Counted from the first letter of the stretch, positions 1-10,091 are shown. The stretch is 56,791 nucleotides of DNA from Myxococcota bacterium (GCA_040752415.1 JBFMGU010000031.1:1-56791); one strand, 5' to 3'. The notes: a model not told the origin generated them from the sequence alone. Numbers and translations: made by a program.

Positions 1-448
1 GGGGCGCGGCCGCCGGAGCGGGAGCCGGGGCCGCCGGCGCGGCCGGACGAGGTGGGGCGCTGGCCGCGGCCGCCGCGGGGGCGCCGCCCGTCAACGCACG
101 CACACGCTCCAGCATGCTGTTGCTGTCAAAAGGCTTCTGGATCCAGCTCGTGGCCCCCGCCGCGCGCGCCCGGTTCTCGTCGAACGGCTCGCTGCTGCAG
201 GCCATCAGCAACAGCGGCGCCGTGGACGAAGCCGGTTCCGCCCGGAGACGCTGGCACACGTCGTAGCCGCTGGCGCCCGGCAGCACCGCATCCACCAGCA
301 CCACGTCGGGACGCGCCTCGCGCACCCGCGCCAGCGCCTCGTCGCCGTTGGCGGCCTTGATCAGTCGGAAGTCCTCATGCGCAAAGATGATTTCCACCAC
401 CTTCTGCATGGTCACGCTGTCATCGACGACGAGGAGTGTCTTGGGCAT
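1..448 (-). CDS. romR: RomR-like response regulator (receiver domain + Pro/Ala-rich linker), runs off the window at its 3' end
   Basis: Not in the ORF track; translated by hand from ATG at 448: MPKTLLVVDDSVTMQKVVEIIFAHEDF...RPDVVLVDAVLPGASGYDVC...PFDENRARAAGATSWIQKPFDS, then PA-rich linker. Closely resembles the M. xanthus RomR N-terminus as I recall it (MPKNLLVADDS...FDENRARAA...KPFES). Confidence 0.8.
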   Translation of the reverse strand, partial: MPKTLLVVDDSVTMQKVVEIIFAHEDFRLIKAANGDEALARVREARPDVVLVDAVLPGASGYDVCQRLRAEPASSTAPLLLMACSSEPFDENRARAAGATSWIQKPFDSNSMLERVRALTGGAPAAAAASAPPRPAAPAAPAPAPAAAP

Positions 449-727
449 CCGCGGGGGTCTCCGCCACCGGCGTTCAACTGAGGCAACTGCACGTAGGGCT
501 CGTGGGCTCTTAACGCGCGGGGGCTGACCCGCTCAAGTTTCCTGCCGCCGACGGCTCTGACCACGGCGCTTTTTTTGCTCTGCCCGGCCGTTGGACCGAT
601 GAAACCCGGTTGTCGCGCCAGTTGGGGGTATGGCAAGGTGCGCCGCTTGTAATGGCCATCACGCGCAAATTTGCGTGCGGTGGTTGATCGCCCCCGGCCT
701 TCCGCCGGCGGCACGGATGGGTCCGAA

Positions 728-2506
728 ATGAGACGCTCCCTTTCCTGGTTGATTCCAGCCCTGGTCGCCTTCGGTGGCTGCCCGTTCTGTCCGCTCCTCG
801 TCGACCCAGAGGTGCTGGGTAACCAGTCCCGCCGCGTGGTCGTGGAGGTCTGCTCTGGCGGGAACTTCATCGACGGGAAGGGCGGCACCGACCAGTGCGT
901 GATGGACGTGGGCGCGCAGGATCTCTCCGCGCGCGTCAGCCGCGAGATCAAGCTGCACAACGTGGCCGAGGACCCGGTCAAGATCACCGGCTACGAGTTC
1001 TCCTCCGCCTCCGACCCCGCTTTCGCCGTGGTGCACTACCCGGACGTCATCAACCCGGGCGTGACCTCCCAGCTCATCGTCAGCTTCCGACCGCTGCTGG
1101 AGAGCACCGTCGAGGGCGACCTCATCCTCCTCACCGACGCCCAGAACACCAACCCCTCCTCCGAGGAGCCCGGCGACGGCAAGGGCCGCATCACCATCCA
1201 CATGAAGGGCGCCGGCGTGAACAACGGCGTGCCGCACCTGGAGGTCAGCGTCGAGCTCGGCGCGGAGGTCAGCTCCTGCTGTGACCTGGGCTACGTGGCC
1301 AAGGGCAACGTGGCCACCTGCCCGGTGCGCCTGAAGAACACCGGCCAGCGCGGCCTGGTGTTGGAGGAAGTGGGCTTCGTGGCCGAGGCCACCGACGGTC
1401 CCTGGGAGCCCGTGGGCCGCCAGCCCGTCCCCAATGACCCCACCGACGACGAGGCCTTCACCATCGGCCCGGGTGAGAGCAAGATCATCTCCTTCAAGTT
1501 CAAGCCCACCGACGTGCTCCCCCACGCCGCCCGCGTGCGCATCAAGACCAACGCGCCGCGCGTGTGCGGCCCGGTGGGCCAGTTCGCCGACAACATGTGC
1601 TCGCCGCTCAGCTACGCGGACCCGTGTCCCTCGGAGCAGGTGGGCATTGCCACCGTGGACCTCAAGGGCCAGGGCGCCGACCCGCCCGTGTGCGTGGCCA
1701 AGATCAAGAGCGTCAACGGCGACAGCGTGTTCGACCCGGACCTCATCGAGCCGCTGGATGACGTCGAGCTCACCGCGGAGGACAGCTACACCTCCCAGCC
1801 CGACCTCACCGTCACCGGCTACAAGTGGACCATCGTGCGCAAGCCGGTGGGCTCGGGCGTGCACTTCGACAACGACGCCTCCCCCACGCCGCGCTTCGTC
1901 TTCGACAACACCTCCACCAACATCATCACCGGCCTGGACCTGGTGGGTGAGTACGAGGCGCGTTGTGAGGTGACCGACAGCCGCGGCACCAAGAGCATCA
2001 ATGACGCGCAGGCCACGGTGGCCTTCCGCGCCACGCCCTCGGAGGCCATCCACCTGCAGCTGGTGTGGGACGCCCCGGAGACCGACGTGGACCTGCACCT
2101 GGTGCGTGAGTTCCCGGTGGACAGCGGCAGCTTCGAGAAGAACAGCGACAACGACTGCTACTACGCCAACTGCAAGCCCACCACCGACGGCCCCATCTGG
2201 GGCTCCGCCGAGACCGAGGCGCACAAGGGCCCCAACCCCGTGCTCGACGTCGACGACGTGCAGGGCTACGGCCCGGAGAACAGCAACATCAACGAGCCGC
2301 TGCCCGGCAAGTACAAGGCCCTGGTCCACTACTTCTCCGACCACGGCAACGGCGACACCGTGGCCACCCTGCGCGTCTACCTCTACGGCAACCTGGTGGC
2401 GGAGTACTTCCGGCTCATCAGCGACGGCGAGTGGTGGGACGTGGGCAACGTGATCTGGCCGGGCGACGCCGCGCCCTCGTGGGAGGAGGTCGACGCGCTG
2501 CAGTGA
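728..2506 (+). CDS. Lipoprotein with two ASH/choice-of-anchor-D Ig-like domains, a PKD-like domain and a C-terminal YfaP/DUF2135-like domain
   Basis: Signal peptide with lipobox-like FGGC from ATG 728. Ig motifs (LKNTGQRGLVL, IGPGESKIISFKFKP). C-terminal LQLVWD..TDVDLH...DCYYANC...LDVDDVQGYGPEN...VHYF. Confidence 0.7.
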   Translation: MRRSLSWLIPALVAFGGCPFCPLLVDPEVLGNQSRRVVVEVCSGGNFIDGKGGTDQCVMDVGAQDLSARVSREIKLHNVAEDPVKITGYEFSSASDPAFAVVHYPDVINPGVTSQLIVSFRPLLESTVEGDLILLTDAQNTNPSSEEPGDGKGRITIHMKGAGVNNGVPHLEVSVELGAEVSSCCDLGYVAKGNVATCPVRLKNTGQRGLVLEEVGFVAEATDGPWEPVGRQPVPNDPTDDEAFTIGPGESKIISFKFKPTDVLPHAARVRIKTNAPRVCGPVGQFADNMCSPLSYADPCPSEQVGIATVDLKGQGADPPVCVAKIKSVNGDSVFDPDLIEPLDDVELTAEDSYTSQPDLTVTGYKWTIVRKPVGSGVHFDNDASPTPRFVFDNTSTNIITGLDLVGEYEARCEVTDSRGTKSINDAQATVAFRATPSEAIHLQLVWDAPETDVDLHLVREFPVDSGSFEKNSDNDCYYANCKPTTDGPIWGSAETEAHKGPNPVLDVDDVQGYGPENSNINEPLPGKYKALVHYFSDHGNGDTVATLRVYLYGNLVAEYFRLISDGEWWDVGNVIWPGDAAPSWEEVDALQ

Positions 2507-2614
2507 GCGCCTCGGTCCCTTCCCGCGCAATCGCCCCTGGTGGAATTCGCGGGCGCCTCGCACGCTAGCTTCGTGTTGGCCCCGCCAGCTTCAAGCACTC
2601 TGGAGTCCATGCCC

Positions 2615-5600
2615 ATGCGTTCGCAGCTCTCCTCGTCCTTCTCCTCCCTCGTGCTCGGGACCATCCTCGTCCTGGGCGCCTGCACGCCGGACCCCGCCGC
2701 CCAGGGCGGCACCGACGCCGCGTCCGGCAACACGGGCGGAGGCGCATGCATCCAGAAGAGCGACTGTGCCACCGGCGAGGTCTGCTCCGCCGGCGTGTGC
2801 ATCCCCGGTGACTGCCAGGTGCGCGAAGACTGCCCGCGCCCTCGTGACCAGCTGTGCTCGGAGTTCTTCCGCTGCGTCCCGGACCCGGACAGCCCCATCG
2901 GTGACGAGTGCCCCGCCGGCGACAACGACTGCGACCTGGGCGAGTTCTGCTCCGCGGGCAACTGCTACGACACCGAGAACCGCCCCACCTGTCTGACCTC
3001 CAGCCAGTGCACCAGCGGTGACCGCTGTGACCCGGAGGCCGGCTACTGCGTTCCCAACCTGGGCGGCTGCGACCGCTGCGCCGACTACCCCGAGCTGTGC
3101 TGCGTCCCCGAGGAGGAGACCTGCGACTCCATCACCAAGAAGTGCATCCCCGTCGGCGGCATCCGCTGCACGCCGGAGACGGTGGAGGAGGACTGTCGTC
3201 CCGGGGAGCGCTGCGTCAGCAACCGCTGCGTCCAGTGTGAGACCGACGACGACTGCGGTCCCGGCACCACCTGCGACACCGGCTCGGGCCAGTGCGTCTC
3301 CGCCGCGGTGTGCCAGACGGACGCGGACTGTGCGCAGTGGCCTGGTCGTCGCTGCGCGGTGGCAACGCACCAGTGCACCGTGCCCCAGTGCCAGGCCGAC
3401 TCCGCCTGCACCGGCATTGACCCGCGCCAGCGCTGCAACCTGGAGACCTTCCAGTGCTTCCTGCCCGCCGCGGACTGCAATGAGACCAATGAGCCCAATG
3501 ACAGCCAGGCCACCGCCACGGCCATGACCCAGTCCGGCGACAGCTACGTCCTCTCCGGCACGCTGTGTCGCGGCAACCAGGACTGGCTGAGCTTCCCGGT
3601 GGTGGCCAACCGTCGCGTGCAGGCGGTCATCTCCATGGCTCCCGCCGAGAGCGGCGCGGCGGCGGGCATCGGCGTGGCGCTGTACGGCCCGGCCGGCGGC
3701 AGTGAGCTCTCCAGCAGCACCTTCGGCTACTCCACCACCAGCAAGCGCCTCTCCGGCAACGTGGATGCCTCCGGCACCGCGTTCCTGCGCATCAACGGCA
3801 CGGGCACCGACGAGGACAGCTGGACGTACACCGTGGAGGTCACCTTCACCGACCCGCTGCTGTGCGACACCGAGCCGGGCGAGCCCAACAACACGCTGGC
3901 CACCGCCACCAACTCGGTGGTCATGGGCGGCGTCACCACCCGTGCGCTGTGCGGCGACACCGACGAGGACCACCACACCTTCCACGCCAGCCCCAACAAG
4001 CGCATCCGCGTGCAGTTGGACTACGACGAGCCGGGCTCCCTGGGCCTCACGCTGTACACGCCGGGCGGCTCGGTGCTGGATGACCCCTATGGCTGGGAGT
4101 CCATCGCCGGCAGCACGGACACCGGCGCGGAGGGCGCGGACATCGTCGTGGCGGTGAGCTACAGCACCTTCTTCGAGCCCACCGAGGACGCGCTGGTCTA
4201 CACGCTGACCATCACCGAGGAGGACGTGCCCACCTGCGATGACCTGGCCATGGAGCCCAACAACACCCAGGCGCAGGCCTTTGACATCACCCCCGGCACC
4301 ATCACCGGCGTCTCCTGTGAGAACGGCGACAACGACTGGTACACCTTCACGCTGAACCGGTCCTCCCCCGTGAAGCTGACGCTGAGCTTCGGTTCCTCCT
4401 ATGACCTGGACCTGCGCCTCTACGACGACGACGGCTTCGTCGACAGCAGCGCGGTGAGCGACAACCCCGAGGTCATTGACCAGGACAACCTGCCGGCGGG
4501 CAACTACTACGTCGAGGTGGATCCGTTCACCTTCAATGAGGACTCCTATCCCATCAGCTACACGCTGCAGCTGGAGGCGCCCGGCTTCTGCACCGACGAC
4601 GCGCTGGACAACGACCCGGGCAACGACACGCGCTACCAGGCCAGCGGCATCCGCGACGTGGTGGAAGGCTCCCTGTTCTACGAAAGCTCGCTGCACATGT
4701 GTCGTCAGGATGAGGACTGGTTCCGCCTGGTGGCCCTGGGCGACGAGCGCATCACCGCCACGCTGACCGACCTGCCGAGCGCGCTCATCACCGTCTACGC
4801 GCCGGGCGGCAGCACGGGCGTGGTGGAGCTGGCGCGCAGCCACCTGATCACCATCGCCGACGAGCAGGCGCAGATCGTCACCACGCCGGTGGATGCGCCG
4901 GCCGGTATCTACTACGTGAAGGTCTCCGGCGGCGCGTCGCTGGAGGGCCCGTACTCCCTGCAGATCCGCACTGACGTGGACGTGTGTGAGACGCTGGGCG
5001 GCGACGACGAGTCCAACGACGCGCCCGCCAACGCCATCATGGTGACCGCGGGCGTCAACGGCGGCATCTTCTGCCCCGCCGACGACGTGGACATCTGGCG
5101 CGTGCAGGCGCAGGTGAACCCGGATGACCCGCTGACCGCCTCCGCCACGTTCGATTCCGCCGAGGGCGACGTGGACCTGGAGATCTGGCAGGCCGGCCAG
5201 GCTCAGCCCATTGCCTCCGACGTCGACACCGAGACCGGCGCGCAGGCGGTGGCCACGGTGAGCCACACCGTGACGGTGGCCACCACGTACTACATCGTGG
5301 TGAAGCGCAAGCCGGGTGGCACGGTGGGCCAGCAGTACTCGCTGGAGGTCACCGGGTTCGTCCCGCCGGGCGGGAGCAGCAGCAGCTCGGGTGGTTCTTC
5401 GACGACGGGCGGCAGCAGCTCCGGCGGGGGCAGCACTTCCAGCAGCGCCAGCAGCTCCTCGGGCGGTGACACGTCCACCAGCTCGTCGGCGTCGTCTTCC
5501 ACCAGCTCCAGCTCGTCGGGCGGCGCGGACACCAGCACCTCGTCCTCCGCGTCTTCGAGCACGAGCTCGTCGGCGTCTTCGAGCACCAGCTCGTCGGCGT

Positions 5601-6016
5601 CGTCTTCCACCAGCTCCAGCTCGTCGGGGGGCGCGGACACCAGCACCTCGTCCAGCGCCAGCTCTTCGGCGTCGTCGTCCTCGTCTTCCTCCTCGTCCAG
5701 CTCGGGCGGCACGCCGGTGGCTGAGGACTGCGCGGCGGCTGGCGACGAGGATTCCGACGGCTTCGAGAACTGCGCGGACCAGGACTGCTTCATGGACGCC
5801 GCGTGTCTGGAGGCCGAGCTGGAGGACTGCACCAACGGCTCCGACGACCTGGACACCGACAACCTCTCCGACTGCGCCGACCCGGAGTGCTACAACCACG
5901 CGTCGTGCGTCGGCGAGACGGACTGCACCAACGGTTCCGACGACGCCGACCTCGACGACCTGGTGGACTGCGCGGACACCGAGTGCATGGGCAAGGCGGG
6001 TGTGTGCGGCGGCTGA
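2615..6016 (+). CDS. Large Cys-rich lipoprotein with multiple PPC-like domains, Ser-rich linker and C-terminal Asp/Cys repeats
   Basis: GGAG at 2602-2605 before ATG 2615 (ATG 2609 also possible); lipobox LGAC. C-x3-DC-x-GE-C repeats; repeated EPNN/D...A...C..D.DW PPC-type units; three DC.NGSDD.D.D...DCAD.EC-type repeats at the end. Confidence 0.75.
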   Translation: MRSQLSSSFSSLVLGTILVLGACTPDPAAQGGTDAASGNTGGGACIQKSDCATGEVCSAGVCIPGDCQVREDCPRPRDQLCSEFFRCVPDPDSPIGDECPAGDNDCDLGEFCSAGNCYDTENRPTCLTSSQCTSGDRCDPEAGYCVPNLGGCDRCADYPELCCVPEEETCDSITKKCIPVGGIRCTPETVEEDCRPGERCVSNRCVQCETDDDCGPGTTCDTGSGQCVSAAVCQTDADCAQWPGRRCAVATHQCTVPQCQADSACTGIDPRQRCNLETFQCFLPAADCNETNEPNDSQATATAMTQSGDSYVLSGTLCRGNQDWLSFPVVANRRVQAVISMAPAESGAAAGIGVALYGPAGGSELSSSTFGYSTTSKRLSGNVDASGTAFLRINGTGTDEDSWTYTVEVTFTDPLLCDTEPGEPNNTLATATNSVVMGGVTTRALCGDTDEDHHTFHASPNKRIRVQLDYDEPGSLGLTLYTPGGSVLDDPYGWESIAGSTDTGAEGADIVVAVSYSTFFEPTEDALVYTLTITEEDVPTCDDLAMEPNNTQAQAFDITPGTITGVSCENGDNDWYTFTLNRSSPVKLTLSFGSSYDLDLRLYDDDGFVDSSAVSDNPEVIDQDNLPAGNYYVEVDPFTFNEDSYPISYTLQLEAPGFCTDDALDNDPGNDTRYQASGIRDVVEGSLFYESSLHMCRQDEDWFRLVALGDERITATLTDLPSALITVYAPGGSTGVVELARSHLITIADEQAQIVTTPVDAPAGIYYVKVSGGASLEGPYSLQIRTDVDVCETLGGDDESNDAPANAIMVTAGVNGGIFCPADDVDIWRVQAQVNPDDPLTASATFDSAEGDVDLEIWQAGQAQPIASDVDTETGAQAVATVSHTVTVATTYYIVVKRKPGGTVGQQYSLEVTGFVPPGGSSSSSGGSSTTGGSSSGGGSTSSSASSSSGGDTSTSSSASSSTSSSSSGGADTSTSSSASSSTSSSASSSTSSSASSSTSSSSSGGADTSTSSSASSSASSSSSSSSSSSGGTPVAEDCAAAGDEDSDGFENCADQDCFMDAACLEAELEDCTNGSDDLDTDNLSDCADPECYNHASCVGETDCTNGSDDADLDDLVDCADTECMGKAGVCGG
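5370..5710 (+). repeat. Ser/Thr/Gly low-complexity tandem repeats inside the CDS
   Basis: Near-identical units such as accagctccagctcgtcgggNggcgcggacaccagcacctcgtcc at about 5501 and 5609, encoding SSSSSGGADTSTSS. Confidence 0.85.
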
Positions 6017-6051
6017 TACACTCGTAACAGCACCACAAACGGAGGTCCGTC

Positions 6052-7641
6052 ATGGCGCGGAAGTTGGGTCCTGGACTGGCGCTGTTGCTTGCCGCCATCC
6101 CGCTGTCTGGCTGCGAGGGGTGTCTGGACCAAGGCCCGCTCGCGCAGACCTACGCCATCCCGACGGTGTCGCCTGAGACCCTCGACTTCGGCACGGTGGA
6201 CGTGGCCCAGATCACCCGGTCCTCGTTCACCATCTCCAACACCGGGCAGTGGGATTACGAGCAGCTCACCTTCACGCTCTCCGAGGCCACCGACCCGGCC
6301 TTCAAGCTCGGCGACCTGCCGTTCGAGGTGAAGCCCGGCGAGGATATCGCGGTCGAGGTCACCGTGTTCCCCCTCGTGGCCAACGCCATTGAGGGCGAGG
6401 TCAAGATTCGCGGGCACATCGGTGGCGGCCAGTACCAGGATCTCACGGTGAAGCTGGTGGCGCGCGCGGAGAACCGCGGATTGCCGGACATCACGGTGGA
6501 CCCCATGGTGGTGGACTTCGGTCGAATCGGCCGTGGCGACGTCAAGCACGCCTCCCTCACCATCCGCAACGACGGTATCCGGGACCTCATCCTTGATGCG
6601 CTCGAGCTCGAGACGTTCGAGGGCAGCCCGTTCCGTTGCGGCGAGTGTCCGTCCTACACGCGCCACGTGATGCGCCCCAACGAGGTGGTCACCATCCGCC
6701 TCAGCTTCAACCCGCAGGACGTGCAGGACTACCAGTCCGCGCTGCGCGTCTACGCCGCCAACGACCCCGACGAGCCGGAAACCGAGGTGCTCCTCACCGG
6801 CAGCGGCACCCAGGCGCCCACCTGCCAGGTGGACCTCCTTGACGACGTCAGCCAGCTCCAGCCGCAGACCACCGTGCGCCTCGACGGCTCGCGCTCCACC
6901 TCGTCGGTGCCGGGCGCGTACATTGCCCGCTACGAGTGGGACCTGTACCGGCCCGCGGGCAGCACCACCGTCGTGGAGAGCCAGGGGCCCAACCGTCCCT
7001 CCGGGCTGCAGCTCGCCGTGGAGTGCCCGGACCCCGATGACAACACGCAGACCCCGTGCAGCACGCGCGTGGACGTGCTCGCCGACATCGCGGGGAGCTA
7101 CGTGCTGACGCTCGTGGTGGAGGACAGCCTGGGCATCCGCAGCGCGCCGTGCTCCGCGGACTTCCGCGCCATCCCCAAGGAGCAGCTCCACGTGCAGCTG
7201 GTCTGGGACCATCCCACCGCGGACATGGACCTCCACTTCCAGCGCGGCACCGGCCCCACCTTCCAGCATGAGACCGACTGCTACTTCTCCAACCGCTTCC
7301 CCGTGTGGTTCGGCGCCAATGCGGAGGACCCGCGCAATCCGCGGCTGGACGTCGACGACCAGGGTGGCTTTGGCCCGGAGAACGTCAATGTCACCACGCC
7401 CGCGCAGGGCCAGTACCGCGTCAGCGTGCACTACTGGAACGCCAAGACCCAGGGTGACCCCTCGGCGAGCGCCACGGTCCGCATCTACGTGCGCGGCCAA
7501 CTGATGTTGGAGCAGGGCAACTTCTTCACCAGCGACCAGGAGATGTGGCACGTCGCCGACATCGAGTGGCCTTCCGACCCCGAGGCTCAGCCCACCATCA
7601 ACCCGCTGGGTGAGGTGGTGCCGTACAGCCGCCCGTTCTAG
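6052..7641 (+). CDS. Paralog of 728..2506: ASH-ASH-PKD-YfaP/DUF2135-like lipoprotein
   Basis: GGAGG RBS at 6041; lipobox LSGC; LDFGTV/VDFGRI...TIRNDG motifs; LHVQLVWD..ADMDLH...DCYFSN...LDVDDQGGFGPEN...VHYW. Confidence 0.75.
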   Translation: MARKLGPGLALLLAAIPLSGCEGCLDQGPLAQTYAIPTVSPETLDFGTVDVAQITRSSFTISNTGQWDYEQLTFTLSEATDPAFKLGDLPFEVKPGEDIAVEVTVFPLVANAIEGEVKIRGHIGGGQYQDLTVKLVARAENRGLPDITVDPMVVDFGRIGRGDVKHASLTIRNDGIRDLILDALELETFEGSPFRCGECPSYTRHVMRPNEVVTIRLSFNPQDVQDYQSALRVYAANDPDEPETEVLLTGSGTQAPTCQVDLLDDVSQLQPQTTVRLDGSRSTSSVPGAYIARYEWDLYRPAGSTTVVESQGPNRPSGLQLAVECPDPDDNTQTPCSTRVDVLADIAGSYVLTLVVEDSLGIRSAPCSADFRAIPKEQLHVQLVWDHPTADMDLHFQRGTGPTFQHETDCYFSNRFPVWFGANAEDPRNPRLDVDDQGGFGPENVNVTTPAQGQYRVSVHYWNAKTQGDPSASATVRIYVRGQLMLEQGNFFTSDQEMWHVADIEWPSDPEAQPTINPLGEVVPYSRPF

Positions 7642-7694
7642 GTTCCCGCTCCATGCCCGGTCCTGACATCGCCATCCCCGGTGCCCTCCGTTCC

Positions 7695-10091
7695 ATGCGC
7701 TGGGCTCTCCTGCTCACGCTGGTGACGGCGTGCACGCCGGGCGGCTGTCCTTTCGCCTCCACGCCCGACGGTGGACCCACCACGCAGTGCCGCCTCGACC
7801 GTGACTGCGCCGACAACGAGAAGTGCGAGAACGGCGCCTGCGTCTCGCGCTTCGTGTGTGAGACCGACGAGGACTGCGGTCCGCTGGAACACTGCAATCA
7901 ACTCACCGGGGAGTGTGACCGCGACGTGGCGTCGGAGTGTGGCCCGCTGGGTGAGGGGCGGACGTGTGCGCCGGGACAGTTCTGCTCGCTGGGCAAGTGT
8001 CGCGACATTGCCTCGGCCACCATCTGCTCCCGTCGGTTCCAGTGTCCGGTGGGGCAGGTGTGCGACCGCGTCTCGTTCTACTGCATCGAGGAGCTGGACT
8101 GCCGTCTGGCCGCCGGCTCCGACGAGACTCCGCCGCTCCCCGAGCTGGAATGCGACCCCGGCGACACCTGCGACCCGAACAACGGCGTCTGCGTCACCGG
8201 CGGCGACCCGGAGTGCGAACCCACCGCCACCCCCACCGGCTGCGCCAACGGACTGCTGTGCAACGGCGCGCGCCAGTGTGTGCAGTGCATCAGCAACGCG
8301 CACTGCGGACCGGGGCTGCGCTGCAACACCCGCGCGGGTCTGTGTGAGAGCGAGAACACGTGTCGACGGGACACCGACTGCACGCCGCCGCTGGTGTGCG
8401 ACCGCGTCACCGCGCTGTGCTCCGTCCCGCTGCCCCCGTGCGAGAGCGACTTCCAGTGCCAACTCGGCCAGTTCTGTGACCGCACGCTGGGCACCTGCCA
8501 GCCGCGCGAGGGCAAGTGTGACGACGACCGGCTCGAGGACGCGGACACTCCGCCGGCGGCGCGCCCGGTGGACCTCACCAACGCCACCGCCACGCTCACC
8601 GACCTCCAGCTCTGTCCCAACGACCCGGACGTCTACGCCGCGCAGCTGACCCCCGGAGACCAGCTCACGGTGCGCCTGCTGGACACCGCGGCCAGCGCGC
8701 GTGCCGAGATGACGGTGCTGGGTCCCGACGGGCTGCAGACCATCCGGTACGTCGAGGCGCCGCCGCGTGGGAACGGGACGGTCTCCTTCATTGCGCAGCT
8801 GGCCGGCTACTACTACGTGCGCGTCATCTCCCCGACGGGAAAGACCGCCTACCGCCTGGAGTTCGTGCGCGAGCCCGCGGAGGTGTGTGAGCAGGACCTG
8901 ACCGAGCCCGACGACAACAACCCGTGGGGCGCGCGTCTCTTCAACGTGACGCAGAATGAGGCGCTGCAGGGCTCCCTGTGTCCCGGCGACGGGGACTGGT
9001 TCCGCATCCAGCCGCGCCTGCTTGCCGGCGAGGCCGTCAGCGTGGAGCTGGAGGGGCCAGACCAGGAGGATCTTGACCTGCAGCTCACCACCGACGACGG
9101 CCTCACCGTCTACGCCACCAGCGAAGGGCCCGGCTCGCAGGAGTTCGTGCGCTACCGCGTGGACGAGGCGCAGACGCTGCTGGTGCACGTGACGCCGTAC
9201 GGTCCCAGCTCCGGCATCTACGCGCTGCGCGTCACCATCCACCCCGCCTACGTCTGCACTCCCGACGTACTGGAGACCACGTCCAGCGGTAACGACGGCG
9301 GCGTGGCGGACGCCGGTGCTTCCGACGCCAGCGTCGAGGACGCGGGTGCCAGCGACGCGTCCACCGCTGATGCCGGTCCCACCGCGCCAGGCAATGATTC
9401 GCGCGAGGTGGCCACGCCGGTGGGCCTCGCCGGCCTGGAGCGCGACCTCAGCATCTGCGCGGGCGACGAGGACTGGTTCGTGGTGGAGGCGCGTGCCCAC
9501 CAGCGCGTGCTGGCCACGGCCACGTGGAGCTACGGAGAGTCGGGTGTCCTCGTGGATGGCTACGCGCCGGATGGCTCGTTGCTCGGTCACGCCAGTGGCG
9601 CCACGCTGGCGCCGCTCAGTGTGCCGGGGAACGCCGAAGGGAAGGTCTATGTTCGCGTGAGTCGGCCGGGTTCCTCGTCGGCGTATCACCTGGACATCAC
9701 GGTCGAGCGGTTGGTGGACTGCGTGACGGACTCGGCGGAGCCGAACAACACGCCAGTGCTCGCCACGGCCGCGCCCGAGGAGGGCCTTTTCACCATCTGC
9801 GGCTCCGACAACGACCTCTTCCGCCTGCCCGGCCTGGGTGCAGGTCGACGCGTGATGGTGGACGCGGAGTTCTCCACCGCCGACGGCGACATTGACCTCG
9901 CGCTGCTGCTCCCCGACGGAGTCACCGTGCTGGCCATCAGCGACGGCGTGGGTCCCACGGAAGCCCTGGACGTCATCCTCCCCGCGGACCCGCCCGACGG
10001 CGGCCACGGCACCTACTTCCTGCAGGTCTTCTCCGCCCGCAGCGACACGGCCGCGCGCTACCTCCTGCGCGTGCAGACCCCGAGCCCATGA
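7695..10091 (+). CDS. Cys-rich lipoprotein with PPC-like domains (same architecture class as 2615..6016)
   Basis: MRWALLLTLVTAC lipobox (alternative start 7653); C..D.DC repeats; EPDDNN/EPNN and C.GD.DWF units; DAG linker. Confidence 0.7.
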   Translation: MRWALLLTLVTACTPGGCPFASTPDGGPTTQCRLDRDCADNEKCENGACVSRFVCETDEDCGPLEHCNQLTGECDRDVASECGPLGEGRTCAPGQFCSLGKCRDIASATICSRRFQCPVGQVCDRVSFYCIEELDCRLAAGSDETPPLPELECDPGDTCDPNNGVCVTGGDPECEPTATPTGCANGLLCNGARQCVQCISNAHCGPGLRCNTRAGLCESENTCRRDTDCTPPLVCDRVTALCSVPLPPCESDFQCQLGQFCDRTLGTCQPREGKCDDDRLEDADTPPAARPVDLTNATATLTDLQLCPNDPDVYAAQLTPGDQLTVRLLDTAASARAEMTVLGPDGLQTIRYVEAPPRGNGTVSFIAQLAGYYYVRVISPTGKTAYRLEFVREPAEVCEQDLTEPDDNNPWGARLFNVTQNEALQGSLCPGDGDWFRIQPRLLAGEAVSVELEGPDQEDLDLQLTTDDGLTVYATSEGPGSQEFVRYRVDEAQTLLVHVTPYGPSSGIYALRVTIHPAYVCTPDVLETTSSGNDGGVADAGASDASVEDAGASDASTADAGPTAPGNDSREVATPVGLAGLERDLSICAGDEDWFVVEARAHQRVLATATWSYGESGVLVDGYAPDGSLLGHASGATLAPLSVPGNAEGKVYVRVSRPGSSSAYHLDITVERLVDCVTDSAEPNNTPVLATAAPEEGLFTICGSDNDLFRLPGLGAGRRVMVDAEFSTADGDIDLALLLPDGVTVLAISDGVGPTEALDVILPADPPDGGHGTYFLQVFSARSDTAARYLLRVQTPSP

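Noticed and set aside
533..552. TCAAG...GCCGAC resembling a sigma28 promoter
   Set aside because: Imperfect -10 box and non-canonical spacing; too weak alone, although the spacing matches the site at 32161-32182.
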